From: a virus
Direction: 5' to 3' (one strand)
Virus record (IMG/VR): IMGVR_UViG_3300032032_000001
Span: 64,001-128,000 of that record
DNA: 64,000 nt
The notes below the pieces were generated by a model, which was not told the DNA's origin, made no database searches, and saw nothing but the letters and a program-made list of their open reading frames with translations. Positions 1-10,180 of this stretch are shown one piece after another (position 1 is the stretch's first letter; the number at the start of each line of letters is the position of its first letter). Both the position numbers and the translations under genes were made by a program.

Positions 1-2
1 GC

Positions 3-3000
3 ACCGTTAAAACTACAAGTGGTGACACTAAAGAAATCACCGTTAAAGAGCACACTAGGGAACTTGGTTACCAAGAAAGAGTTAAGCAGATTTTGGCCGA
101 AGAGGGTGTGTCTGAGACAACTGAACTATTTGACCCCGAGACTGGAAAGAGTCTGGGAGAGGTACTGGTAGGCCAGCACTACACTCTTAAGTTAATGCAT
201 CAGGTGGATAAGAAGCTTCGAGCAAGGGCGCATGGGTACGGGCACGACTATGATGCCAACCTCGTCCCTAAGGGCGGCGGGGAGTCCGGTGCTGCTCAGA
301 GGTTTGGGGAACTAGGTCTATATGCAATGCTTGCACACGGCGCGACCTCAAATATACGAGAGGCACTGACCTACAAGAGCGATAAGGCGCAAGACGAAGT
401 TTGGACAGCTGTGCAGACAGGGGCGATCTTACCGGCACCAAAATCCTCGTTCGCATATGAAAAGTTCCTTGCGTACATGCAGGGACTAGGCCTCAACGTG
501 GAGAAGGAGGGCAACGGGTTAGTTGTCAGTCCTCTCACGGAAAAGCAGATTAAAGAAGCGTCTAACGGGGAGATCAAAGACGGAAGCAAGGTGATCAGAG
601 GGAAAGACCTGAAGCCTGAAAAGGGCGGTCTTTTTGATGAGACCGTGACCGGAGGTCCCGGCGGGAAGCACTGGGCACATATGGTGCTTGGGATGTCCAT
701 GCCCAACCCGATGTTTGAGAAGTCAGTCAGATCATTACTCGGTATCACCGGGAAGCAGTACGACGGCATTGTCGATGGCTCTCTGGGGTTTGATGAGAAC
801 GGGGATGTTGTGCCAGCAGCCGATGGCATTCAGACGGGGCCCGAGGCATTAACGAGGGCGCTGGGTAGCATCAACGTAGATAAAGATTTAGCGAGCGCCA
901 AGAAAGACATAAAAACAGCTCGTAGGAACAATTTGGATAAGCTGAACAAGAAGATCAAGTATCTTCTCATGCTTAAGAAAAATGGTCTTTCGCCAAAAGA
1001 GGCGTACACGACATCAGTTGTTCCGGTTCTACCCCCCGTATTCCGACCAATCACGGCTATGGAGGGCGGTGACTTAAACATCGATGGCACAAACATGCTT
1101 TACAGAGACATCGCCATCCTCAGCCAAAAGCTCAAAGAGTCCACCGGGGTCCTTCCCGAGGAAGCCATCTCCGCCCTTCGAGGCGACCTGTATGACGCTG
1201 TTGATGCGTTGATGGGGACATCCACGCCCTCTGAGTCGGCCACCATGACGGACGGGCAAGCCCGCCCACCCGGAATCCTCACCATCCTGTCCGGCAGGCA
1301 GTCGCCCAAGCAGAGCTTTTTTCATAAGCGCATCTTGGATCGAAAGCAGGACATTTCTATGCGGTCGGTGATTGTTCCCAACATGGATCTGCACTTGGAT
1401 GAAATCGGCCTTCCTAGAAAAGGGGCCATGAAAATATACAGACCATTTGTGGTGAAAGAGCTTGTTAGAATGGGGTACACGCCCCTTAGGGCGCGTGAGG
1501 AGATCGAGAAGAAAACGCCCCTTGCGGATAGAGCGCTTGAGGTTGCCGTAAAGAAGCGGCCCGTGTTCTTTAAGCGAGACCCTGTCCTGCATAAGTTTGG
1601 GATTATGGCCTTCCGCCCCAAGCTTCACGACGAATCATCTATTCATATCCACCCCCTGGTGACCGGCGGCTTTAACGCCGACTTTGACGGCGACACGATG
1701 GCTGTGTTTCTTCCTGTGTCCCAGGAGTCTATCGACGAAGCGGAAAAACTACTCCCGTCCAAGAACCTGTTTAACCCCGCCACTGGAAAGGTCATGTACC
1801 AGCCCACATTGGAGGGGCAGCTTGGACTGTTCCTGCTTACGCAGATGGGGAAGAATACCAAGAAGAGCTTTGGCTCGGAAAAGGAAGCGATAGCCTCTGC
1901 GAAAGCGGGGGACACCGCTATGTCTGACGTTGTTTCTGTTGGCGGGAAAAAGACTACGGCAGGTAGATTATTATTCAATAATGCGCTGCCCTCTAAAGTC
2001 CGTTCAGACAAGCTTCTTACTGATCCAGACATGGTTATGGGGAAGAAGAATCTCCAGGCAGTCCTTCGTGGCATTGCTACCAAGTCGCCAGCCGAGTTTC
2101 AGGTAGCGGTTGATAAGATTAAAGATCTTGGGTTTGGGCACGCTTACAATATCGGGTTCTCGTTCAACCTCGGAGACTTTGACGCGATGAGAGATCTTCG
2201 GGAAAAGAAGATGAAGGGGGCGCACGCTAAGGAGGCGGTTATCCGCAAGCAAGAGCGGATGAAGCTCATATCCCCGGAGGCCGCAGAAAAGAAGATCATA
2301 GATCTGTACACGGAGGTCACACAGGATTTATCCACAGAGGCGAAAAAGATCTTGGACAAGAAAGGCAACAAGTTGAGGACGATGGAGAAAGCTGGGGTGA
2401 AGCCCGCCTGGGCTCAGTTGCAGCAGATGCTTATTGGTCCGATGCTGTTGGAGAACGCTAAAGGGCGCGTCATCCCAGTGCCTGTTGATCGATCATACTC
2501 GGAAGGGTTGCGGTCATCCGACTATTGGGTTGCCTCCTCCGGCGCTCGAAAAGGCCTTATTGAAAAAGTCCAGTCTGTGCAAAAGCCTGGAGCTTTGAAC
2601 AAACAGCTTGCAAATACAATGATGTCGTACATCGTCACCGCAGATGACTGCGGGACAACTAAGGGCATCGCCCTAGATGCCGCTGACTCAGACCTTGTTG
2701 ATAGATTTACGGCTAAGCCTATAAGCGCTAAAGGGTTACGAGTTTCGGCCAACACCGCACTAACTCCTGCCCTAGTGTCACGGATAAAGAGCGCTAAGGT
2801 GTCTAAGATTGTCGTTAAGTCCCCTCTCAAGTGTGAGGCTAAAAAAGGGCTGTGCTCAAAGTGCTACGGGCTACAAGACAACGGACTCCCGATCTCAAAA
2901 GGTACGAATATTGGCGTTATAGCCGGTACCGCGCTGGGAGAGCGGGGGACCCAGTTGTCTATGAAAACCTTTCATACTGGTGGTGTCGCTGGCTCATCCG

Positions 3001-3689
3001 GCGGAGTCGTTGGTGGGATAGATCGCATTAGCCAACTACTCAAGATGCCAGCAACTCTCCCCAACGCTGCTGTTCTCTCCCCAGCAACCGCGACTGTTTC
3101 CAGTATCAAAGAAAGCCCCGTGGGTGGTTTTGATATGACAATCGGGAATGAGGATATTTACGTCCCTGCCGGGAGAACCCTGAAGGTAACTAAGGGCTCC
3201 AAGGTGAAGAAGGGGCAGCAGATTTCCAGTGGTGTAATTGACCCACGGGATCTTCTATCTAAAACCAACGTAGATACCGTACAGGCATACATCGCTGATG
3301 AGATTAATAGGGTTTATAAAGCAGAGGGCATTAAGCGCCGAAACATCGAAGTGGTGACTAAGGCGATAACTAATCTCGGCAGAGTAACTAACCCTGGCGG
3401 GTCTGATTTTATCAAAAATGACTACATCTCTATATCACACGCTAATGCCCTAAATAGATCTGGGAAGCTGAAGGAGCCGTTGGTGGTTGAGCCAACGCTT
3501 CGTGGAATTGAGACCCTTCCCCTAGACCAAACAACGGACTGGCTGGCAAGGCTTCAATACCGGAAGTTAAAGGAGACATTTATTAGGGCCGCCAACGAGG
3601 GCTGGGAATCTGATATACATGGAGTGCACCCAACCCCAGGCATCGCCTATTCGGCAGAGTTTGGGAAAGGTAAGGAGGGCCCCTACTGA
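3..3689 (+). CDS. rpoBC: Multisubunit DNA-directed RNA polymerase, beta C-terminus fused to beta' (5'-truncated by the window edge)
   Basis: Frame is open from nt 3. Beta C-terminal motifs YTLKLMHQVDKKLRAR and AQRFGELGLYAMLAHGA run in frame into beta' motifs KPEKGGLFD, VVPVLPPVFRP, RDPVLHK, catalytic NADFDGD, GARKGL, C-terminal Zn site (DDC...C...CSKCYG) and trigger loop GTQLSMKTFHTGG. Confidence 0.95.
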   Translation, partial: TVKTTSGDTKEITVKEHTRELGYQERVKQILAEEGVSETTELFDPETGKSLGEVLVGQHYTLKLMHQVDKKLRARAHGYGHDYDANLVPKGGGESGAAQRFGELGLYAMLAHGATSNIREALTYKSDKAQDEVWTAVQTGAILPAPKSSFAYEKFLAYMQGLGLNVEKEGNGLVVSPLTEKQIKEASNGEIKDGSKVIRGKDLKPEKGGLFDETVTGGPGGKHWAHMVLGMSMPNPMFEKSVRSLLGITGKQYDGIVDGSLGFDENGDVVPAADGIQTGPEALTRALGSINVDKDLASAKKDIKTARRNNLDKLNKKIKYLLMLKKNGLSPKEAYTTSVVPVLPPVFRPITAMEGGDLNIDGTNMLYRDIAILSQKLKESTGVLPEEAISALRGDLYDAVDALMGTSTPSESATMTDGQARPPGILTILSGRQSPKQSFFHKRILDRKQDISMRSVIVPNMDLHLDEIGLPRKGAMKIYRPFVVKELVRMGYTPLRAREEIEKKTPLADRALEVAVKKRPVFFKRDPVLHKFGIMAFRPKLHDESSIHIHPLVTGGFNADFDGDTMAVFLPVSQESIDEAEKLLPSKNLFNPATGKVMYQPTLEGQLGLFLLTQMGKNTKKSFGSEKEAIASAKAGDTAMSDVVSVGGKKTTAGRLLFNNALPSKVRSDKLLTDPDMVMGKKNLQAVLRGIATKSPAEFQVAVDKIKDLGFGHAYNIGFSFNLGDFDAMRDLREKKMKGAHAKEAVIRKQERMKLISPEAAEKKIIDLYTEVTQDLSTEAKKILDKKGNKLRTMEKAGVKPAWAQLQQMLIGPMLLENAKGRVIPVPVDRSYSEGLRSSDYWVASSGARKGLIEKVQSVQKPGALNKQLANTMMSYIVTADDCGTTKGIALDAADSDLVDRFTAKPISAKGLRVSANTALTPALVSRIKSAKVSKIVVKSPLKCEAKKGLCSKCYGLQDNGLPISKGTNIGVIAGTALGERGTQLSMKTFHTGGVAGSSGGVVGGIDRISQLLKMPATLPNAAVLSPATATVSSIKESPVGGFDMTIGNEDIYVPAGRTLKVTKGSKVKKGQQISSGVIDPRDLLSKTNVDTVQAYIADEINRVYKAEGIKRRNIEVVTKAITNLGRVTNPGGSDFIKNDYISISHANALNRSGKLKEPLVVEPTLRGIETLPLDQTTDWLARLQYRKLKETFIRAANEGWESDIHGVHPTPGIAYSAEFGKGKEGPY

Positions 3690-5155
3690 TGGATGATCTA
3701 ACCAGCGCAAACCCGGAGGGGTCGTTTGAGGACTCATATACAAAAACAGGAGCCCAATCGGACGGGCCCGCAAGCATTCAGCTCGCTCAGATAACTAACG
3801 TTAACCCGGAAGAGTACACTGTCGATGTGATGACGACCTACACGCATAAGGCGTTGGTTGACCTCCCGTTCGCTTCGCCGTTATGCCACCGAGATCATCG
3901 CGGCGGCATGTACGCTATGCCGGAGAGAGACGCGTACTGTTACGTGTGCCAGTGCCAGGATGGGACATCTTTTGTCTTAGGGTTTATTAACAACCCCGTT
4001 ACCATAGTGCCTGAAGAGTACGCAGCCGTTGAGGGCTCAACAGCGGAACTGATAACGGAAACAGCAGACAAGGGACCAAGCTTTAAGGGCGCTCGTGGGC
4101 ACCTGGAGCCTGGGGATATTTTCCTGGGCACCCTGGACGGTAACAGCGTTATCGTTCGAAGGGGTGGGATGGTCCAAATCGGGTCTACGTCATTAGCGCA
4201 ACGCATCTATCTGCCGGTCGAGAACGTCATAAGAGATTACTTTCAGAGATACCAAGCAGTAAGCCCTGTAGGGGAGATCGACTGGGGGCACGCTATTTTA
4301 GTGGAGGGCGAGACGCCCACGCAACAGGGCGGGTATCTCGCTAAAGACCTAAAAGACGACAATATCCCCAGCGAGGTCTTAGAGGTCGCTGAGAAGACCC
4401 CTGTTCTTGTTAAGTACAATATTAAAGACCTGTGCCAAGAAGATGTCACTGAAGGCAAGTACACAGTTGAGCTTAGGGTTGGAAGGCTTACGGCGGAACA
4501 GCTTGATCCCGAAGAAGACCCTGAGCATGTGTTCGGTCAGGCGGACCACAAGGCGTCCTCGGACCCGAGAGTAGAAAAACCTGTCAAGGCGTCTTCTGGT
4601 GACAAGGGCATTATAAAAGAAGAAAAGGGCGTTCTAAGTTTCACGATATACCAGCATGATGATGGTGTAGATGACAAGGAACGCGTTAGGTACGTATTCC
4701 AACTTAACAGGGATGGTGATAATCTAATCTTTACGCGTGGAAATATTCACGCCGAAGTATCCCAGACCGTATATGCAAATGTCCGTGAAGGCATTAAGAT
4801 CGTGTACGGAGACAAGGGCGGTAGCAAGGAAACCAAGGAAAACAAACAGTCCATAATTGAATTATTACAGGATAATGATTTCAAGGCGTTTGTTAAGAAT
4901 ATGGTTATAGAGTGCATGGAGGGCTATCACCTAAAGTCCCCCAAAGAGGTTTACATCGAAGGAGAGGCTGAGGTGCAGCTAGGTAAAAAAGGACAAGGCG
5001 GCGCGGATCAATCGGTAGTTCTTTTGGACGATCTGGCAACTTGGCTTACCACAAGCTTTTCCTGCATGACCGCTTGGGGCCCCAGTGGACCTGTTATCAC
5101 ACCACCCACACAGTCGGACATTGCGTCAGCCAGTGTGAAGGCAAAGAAGGGGTAG
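3689..5155 (+). CDS. Putative baseplate hub/central spike protein (Gp5/GpV-like)
   Basis: OB-fold-like N-terminus (AQITNVNPEEYTVDV), beta-strand-rich C-terminus ending in a TAWGPSGP spike-tip-like segment; translationally coupled to the RNAP gene (TGATG). Confidence 0.55.
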   Translation: MDDLTSANPEGSFEDSYTKTGAQSDGPASIQLAQITNVNPEEYTVDVMTTYTHKALVDLPFASPLCHRDHRGGMYAMPERDAYCYVCQCQDGTSFVLGFINNPVTIVPEEYAAVEGSTAELITETADKGPSFKGARGHLEPGDIFLGTLDGNSVIVRRGGMVQIGSTSLAQRIYLPVENVIRDYFQRYQAVSPVGEIDWGHAILVEGETPTQQGGYLAKDLKDDNIPSEVLEVAEKTPVLVKYNIKDLCQEDVTEGKYTVELRVGRLTAEQLDPEEDPEHVFGQADHKASSDPRVEKPVKASSGDKGIIKEEKGVLSFTIYQHDDGVDDKERVRYVFQLNRDGDNLIFTRGNIHAEVSQTVYANVREGIKIVYGDKGGSKETKENKQSIIELLQDNDFKAFVKNMVIECMEGYHLKSPKEVYIEGEAEVQLGKKGQGGADQSVVLLDDLATWLTTSFSCMTAWGPSGPVITPPTQSDIASASVKAKKG

Positions 5156-5159
5156 TATT

Positions 5160-5630
5160 ATGCCATTAGCTGGCGCTTTTAATGATATGAAACAAGCTAT
5201 ATTGTCCTTTGACCTGTCGCCCGGATTTCATGCCGGTAATGAGTGGGCAAAGGTAGCGGAAGCTTATTTCCAGAACGGAACCAACCCTGTCTGGGCTGAC
5301 CTAAGCGCGGGCAAGGCCCAGTTTGCCGCGACAATGGGCCAGGAGATTCCTGCTGACCCGATGCCCGCTGCTGCTATTATTTTCGCTAACGCGTGGGCGG
5401 CTTTTGCGGGAACCTGTGTAGCGAGCTGCTCACCAGGACTCCCCGGATTTATCCCGCCCATAGCGCCGCCACCAAACCCGCCCACTTTTACGTGGAGTGC
5501 TCCGGCAGACACTGTGGACGCGCAGGTGACACAACTTTTGGCAGATTTAACCACGTGGGTTAATGCTGGAACCGTGGCGGTACCGCCTCCGGGACCAGGA
5601 AGTCCTATTCCTACGCCCCCATGGACATAG
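5160..5630 (+). CDS. Hypothetical Pro/Ala-rich virion protein, probably baseplate-associated
   Basis: 156-aa ORF directly after the spike-like gene. Confidence 0.5.
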   Translation: MPLAGAFNDMKQAILSFDLSPGFHAGNEWAKVAEAYFQNGTNPVWADLSAGKAQFAATMGQEIPADPMPAAAIIFANAWAAFAGTCVASCSPGLPGFIPPIAPPPNPPTFTWSAPADTVDAQVTQLLADLTTWVNAGTVAVPPPGPGSPIPTPPWT

Positions 5631-5727
5631 GAGTAGTCAGTGACTTCAACAACTGATAAATACGCTGTATTATTAAAACGGACTAAGAGCCAAGCAACCG
5701 TGGACTCAAAGTCGTAGGAGTTAAATC

Positions 5728-7704
5728 ATGGAACTAATTAGAAAATTGCAGGGACCAGCGTTTGAAAAAACAGCGGGCAAATTCCTGCTCGGGGATAACC
5801 CGAATACGTACGCAAGCGAGTTGATCGCACACCTGTACAAACAACACCCTTACTTGGGGCAGTATCAGGTGAACATCTCCATCCAGGGGCAAGACCAAAG
5901 CATGGGGTTCTTGTACGGGGTTTTTCTGGTTAGTCAGAATTCTGATGTCCCGCCCCCGAGCGGGCAGCAGCAGATGGGACAGGTCATTAGTCAGGGCCAG
6001 CCACCAGCGGACCCTAAAGAGAGCGTTAGAATACCCATTATCGTTGAGAATAAGAGAGCGTACTCCTACGACGTTTTCATTACTCCAGACGGAAGGTTTC
6101 TACCCCTCAGTGAGGAGCGGGTCGCTTCGGCAATGTTTGATTCCTCGCCGTACTCAGTGGCCCCGGCCCTGAAAGACACTGCTAATCCTTCAGCAGCGTC
6201 CCAAAACATCAGTCCAGAGATGCCTACGTCAGCGGACGGCTCAGCGGGTGGTGGTACCCCCCTAAGCAAGATGTCTTCCTTGGATTTCGTGAGAATCTCT
6301 AAGGAAAGTGTGAATGACTTCCTGAACAAGATCGCGGTTGATCAGACCCTTGTTGACGCAGCGTCTATTAATTCTAGCTTCGCCGAGGCTCTCACTAAAC
6401 TAGCGTCAGCCACCCCCGAAGAGGCCGCTGAAGAAAGCGCTGATACGATTGGCGATTTTGATGCGGCTGTTATCTCGAAGGTCTCTGGTGGATATCGCGT
6501 AAAGACAGCGGTAGCTAACGGGAACTTTACTAACGAGATCTTTATTGAGAACAAGAACGCAGAAACAATCCCAGTGGATCTTCGCCAAGCCATCATTAAG
6601 CACGGATCGGTTTTATTATCCGGTAATAATGATGAACTTCTTGGCGTCCTGCCTACCTATGGCCTTGAGTCTGTAGTTGATTCTGGGGTCTATTCTGTCA
6701 TCAATAAGCACGGGAGTGCCCAACGGGCAGCAATTATTACGGACGTAATATCCTTGAGCGGCAAGAGCATGGGCGTCAACCTTGTGGTTGGTAAGTCCGG
6801 TGCCGCAATCCAGGAGAAAGTCGCCGGTGTCCAGTGCGGAGAATTGAACTTCTCTGAGCTGGCTGGCGGGAATCCTCATGGTGATGGCGTCTTTCTTTTT
6901 AAGTCTGCTAACGCTGTGTCCCCACCTGTTGAGGTTAAGCACGCAGTTCTCACGCAGGGTAGTGCGCCTGAGTTTATCTGTGACCACCCGATGCTTGGTA
7001 ATATTACGGTCAAGACCGCGAATGTTGTCAGGCCTACACAGGAAACCGATAACTCCTTCTTAGTCCCTAGTGATACCGTGTTCCTGCCTCTTGAGTTTGG
7101 GGCTAGATACGGAGAAGAGATTGACTCCGTAGAAAAGATCGCCAGCCGAAGAGATGCTATCAATAAGGTTAGGATCGTATCTAACGGATCTGAGTTCTCC
7201 TTTTCCGGGAAGCCCGTTGAGCATCTTGAGAAGAACGCGAATCTCAATTCCGAAGACACCCTTTTGCGTATTGGCCTGCTTGGGGACTCCTCAGAGGGAG
7301 CGCTGAAGAAATTAGCTGCGGCATCCCGAGGGGAAGAGGTAACGTTTGTTCCGAGTAATAGAATTATTAACGATTTACCGGGGTCCGACGCTGACGAGGA
7401 AATCGCTAATATTGCAAATATTATCAGACTAGATTTGGTAAAGGAGGCCGCTGCGCTATCTGGGGCAGACACCGTGGACTCAGTATTATCGCTTAATTTT
7501 ATTACCCCGGAGAATGTTCAGGGGTATATTGACGCACTACCAACTTTTGAGGAGTCTTCGTCGAAACTTGCTGAACTACTTGTTGGGGTTCGGCTCGGTT
7601 TATCTGATGTTCCTGAGGCAGCGGTATCTTCTGCGCTTCGTGGAATGGAGCGTGCAGTCCAAGGGCTCAAGAAGCTCCAAATCAGGTCAAATGCGACGAT
7701 TTAA
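5728..7704 (+). CDS. Large head-associated structural protein with many K-x-A motifs
   Basis: 658 aa, AGGAG RBS; contains FEKTAG, LNKIAV, LTKLAS, VEKIAS, LVKEAA. Confidence 0.6.
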   Translation: MELIRKLQGPAFEKTAGKFLLGDNPNTYASELIAHLYKQHPYLGQYQVNISIQGQDQSMGFLYGVFLVSQNSDVPPPSGQQQMGQVISQGQPPADPKESVRIPIIVENKRAYSYDVFITPDGRFLPLSEERVASAMFDSSPYSVAPALKDTANPSAASQNISPEMPTSADGSAGGGTPLSKMSSLDFVRISKESVNDFLNKIAVDQTLVDAASINSSFAEALTKLASATPEEAAEESADTIGDFDAAVISKVSGGYRVKTAVANGNFTNEIFIENKNAETIPVDLRQAIIKHGSVLLSGNNDELLGVLPTYGLESVVDSGVYSVINKHGSAQRAAIITDVISLSGKSMGVNLVVGKSGAAIQEKVAGVQCGELNFSELAGGNPHGDGVFLFKSANAVSPPVEVKHAVLTQGSAPEFICDHPMLGNITVKTANVVRPTQETDNSFLVPSDTVFLPLEFGARYGEEIDSVEKIASRRDAINKVRIVSNGSEFSFSGKPVEHLEKNANLNSEDTLLRIGLLGDSSEGALKKLAAASRGEEVTFVPSNRIINDLPGSDADEEIANIANIIRLDLVKEAAALSGADTVDSVLSLNFITPENVQGYIDALPTFEESSSKLAELLVGVRLGLSDVPEAAVSSALRGMERAVQGLKKLQIRSNATI

Positions 7705-7709
7705 TAGAT

Positions 7710-8525
7710 ATGAAGCAACCGAACGAATATTGGCTAAAATATATGCTGATGTTCTCGGGCCTGACCCTGGAGCAGATTGCCGAAATGGCGATCATGTACG
7801 AGATGACGCCGCCGGATACAACGTATCTGTCCGCGCTTAGGGACAAACTCCTAGAAACGCGCCCGACACCATTTCGCATAACCTCTACCGAAGCCCGAGC
7901 ATGGGTGCGTAGGCAGAGGTTTATGTCGTTGGTCAAAGAAGATAAGTACGCTGTAAAAGCGAGGGACCTTCTTGGGGACACACGAGTTCGCCCAATCGTA
8001 GAGGCATTAATTTTATCAGACATGCCCCATGACGAGGTGTCTTCATATACTAAGATTATCACGGGGGCACAGGTTTCCAAACGCACGCTCGAAATGTTCC
8101 AGCACTACTTCTGGAATCGCGATTTATTATCAACTAGGCAGTGGTACTCCTACCTAGAGGGCCATCCTAAAAACATCACCCTTAAGGCGTGTTACGCACA
8201 AGGCCCGAAGTTTGCGCTTTGGAAATCAGGATACCGACCAGAGCTTCAGCAGAAGGAGGTCATTAAGGGCCTGTTTGATGAATCTGCCATGCGTTTTTTT
8301 GAGACCACTGCCATGCCCAACGGCAAAGACACGGCGATGACGGCGAAGCTTTGGGCTGAAAATATATTTAGAGCTACAGAAGAATTAAATAGGACCGGGG
8401 ACGCTGTTCAGCAGGTGGTTGACGGCCTACGTGACATTGCAATTAAATTGGGCAAGCGGGACATATCTAGCATCCACGAACTGGCTGACCCAGCAGATGA
8501 GGAGGACAGTGATGTTCGGGAGTGA
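7710..8525 (+). CDS. Hypothetical protein
   Basis: 271-aa ORF in a tightly packed late cluster. Confidence 0.7.
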   Translation: MKQPNEYWLKYMLMFSGLTLEQIAEMAIMYEMTPPDTTYLSALRDKLLETRPTPFRITSTEARAWVRRQRFMSLVKEDKYAVKARDLLGDTRVRPIVEALILSDMPHDEVSSYTKIITGAQVSKRTLEMFQHYFWNRDLLSTRQWYSYLEGHPKNITLKACYAQGPKFALWKSGYRPELQQKEVIKGLFDESAMRFFETTAMPNGKDTAMTAKLWAENIFRATEELNRTGDAVQQVVDGLRDIAIKLGKRDISSIHELADPADEEDSDVRE

Positions 8526-8835
8526 CGTGTCTATACAGGCAATTATATTCAAACCGGCGAAGACCAAAATTCCAGGGGTTCGATCTGAGTACTATTTAAC
8601 GGATAATGGTATCAAGTTCCATCTTTGGAAAGACCCTGAGTTTCCTGAGGGTCTAGGGGACCACATACTTAAGGCTTGGGGAAGGTTCCCAAAAGAAACA
8701 CTAATTGTTGAGTATGTCCCCGAAGTTGATAGTTGGTATGCCGAGATAAAAGAAATCGGAATCGGACTTAGTGAGATGCTGATAGAGAGCCTGCTTAAAA
8801 AAATAGCGGCGGAGGTAAAAAAAGCTGATGGCTAG
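8512..8835 (+). CDS. Hypothetical protein
   Basis: AGGAGG RBS upstream of ATG 8512 (MFGSDVSIQ); overlaps both neighbours. Confidence 0.65.
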   Translation: MFGSDVSIQAIIFKPAKTKIPGVRSEYYLTDNGIKFHLWKDPEFPEGLGDHILKAWGRFPKETLIVEYVPEVDSWYAEIKEIGIGLSEMLIESLLKKIAAEVKKADG

Positions 8836-9559
8836 TAAACCAAAAAAGCAAGACCCAACGTATTTCAAGGCGCTTGCGGCATCAGCTCCCGTCTTTGGCG
8901 CGAAGGCAATCATCGGCGATCTCCCTAAAGGCGCGTTAGAAAAGGCTGTCCAATTAAAGATCGAACGCAACACTCCCATGAAGCGCGGACTCAAGCAGGG
9001 GGTAAAGGGCCGTGGATTTGGCAGAGCTGTTGGCGGACTTACTGGGGTTCTTACAGCGCCCCTGTACCTTAAAGGGTTGAGTCTTCTTAGCTCGAAGAAA
9101 CGCTCGGACAAGAAAAAAGGTATGGCCCTAATCTCAGGCGTCACAGGAGCTTACCAGCTTCAAAAAGGCGTTAATGAGGGGTTCTTCGAGCACGCCAGGA
9201 AAGGTAGGGGTGCCGCCGTTAAGCGTGGATTAGGGCTTGGTCTTGGAAGGCTTTCCTACAAAGTTCCTGCCGCCTTACTGATGGCAAAAGCCGTGGCTGA
9301 TGGGCAGAAGAAGGGCAAGGGTAATAAAGGTTTAGCCAACGTAGCCCTCTTGGGCGCTCTGTCTGGCGCGGGTAGCCGTGTTGGAGATGTGGCTAGTGAG
9401 AAGGTGTTCGGAAAGATTACCTCAGGAAAGAAGATTAATTTTAATAAAGCGCTCGGTAGGAAAGTCTTGGGTGCCGCCGGTGGCGGCGCTGCTGGTGGAC
9501 TGCTTGGTGGGCTTATTTTGTCCAAGGCTGTCTCAATGGCTAAAGACTCACTCAAGTAA
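8828..9559 (+). CDS. Basic Gly/Ala/Lys-rich protein with glycine-zipper-like segments (candidate internal virion protein)
   Basis: GAAGGGAAGGLLGGL and GRAVGGLTGVL segments; very Lys-rich. Confidence 0.55.
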   Translation: MASKPKKQDPTYFKALAASAPVFGAKAIIGDLPKGALEKAVQLKIERNTPMKRGLKQGVKGRGFGRAVGGLTGVLTAPLYLKGLSLLSSKKRSDKKKGMALISGVTGAYQLQKGVNEGFFEHARKGRGAAVKRGLGLGLGRLSYKVPAALLMAKAVADGQKKGKGNKGLANVALLGALSGAGSRVGDVASEKVFGKITSGKKINFNKALGRKVLGAAGGGAAGGLLGGLILSKAVSMAKDSLK

Positions 9560-9571
9560 AGGATACTCAAG

Positions 9572-10180
9572 ATGGATAACAAAGAACTCAAAAAATCTGC
9601 CTTAGCCCAAACGCTAAAAGAGAAGCTCTCAGCGGCTGTCCAGGCGGGGAACCCTATGCAGGCCAAGCCCACACCGAATATGGGTAAATTGCAGCAAGAC
9701 CCGAAGATTCAACAAGCCGTAGCTGAGGCCAAAAAGATGAATAAGGGGGACCTGAAAGCTGGCGTTAAAAACATGATGGCCCAAAACACCCAGGCTAAAA
9801 ACACCCAGGGCACGCCGCCTGCGCCAGCAGCGCAACCGGCACCAGCAGCGCAACCAGCAGCGCCAATGGGAAGCGCCCAGGCGGCGACACAGGGTATGCA
9901 ACCCGCTCCTCCGCCTCCCGCCCCGCCCCAGCAGGCTATCAAAAAGCCTCCTGTAGCTCTCGCAGCTGGAGCGGCACAGCCCGCTCCTCCAACAGAGGAT
10001 CAGAGGAAAGAGCAAGCTAAAACTGAGCATACCCAAAGGGCGTTAGTAGGTAATACTGCCCCGGACCCACAGCAGGCCGCTATTAAAAGACAGAAAAGGT
10101 TCACCCGAGGAGGGGGAAATTTTCAGGCACGGCTAGATAGGGCCCGGGCAAGAACAGCGCAGGGCACGGAGACACCATAA
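9572..10180 (+). CDS. Low-complexity Pro/Gln/Ala-rich protein (candidate internal virion protein)
   Basis: PAAQPA repeats; N-terminal LKKSA and EKLSA motifs. Confidence 0.6.
   Translation: MDNKELKKSALAQTLKEKLSAAVQAGNPMQAKPTPNMGKLQQDPKIQQAVAEAKKMNKGDLKAGVKNMMAQNTQAKNTQGTPPAPAAQPAPAAQPAAPMGSAQAATQGMQPAPPPPAPPQQAIKKPPVALAAGAAQPAPPTEDQRKEQAKTEHTQRALVGNTAPDPQQAAIKRQKRFTRGGGNFQARLDRARARTAQGTETP

Noticed and set aside
3-3689. Cellular rpoB-rpoC locus (bacterial chromosome)
   Set aside because: The gene is reduced and divergent and is followed by virion genes rather than ribosomal-protein genes.
5728-7704. Portal protein call for the 658-aa ORF
   Set aside because: No portal-like features were recognised, and the many K-x-A sites suggest a processed core protein; portal and tape-measure genes appear to lie outside the window.
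9820-9866. Short tandem DNA repeat (CCAGCAGCGCAA)
   Set aside because: Explained by the PAAQPA low-complexity coding repeat.
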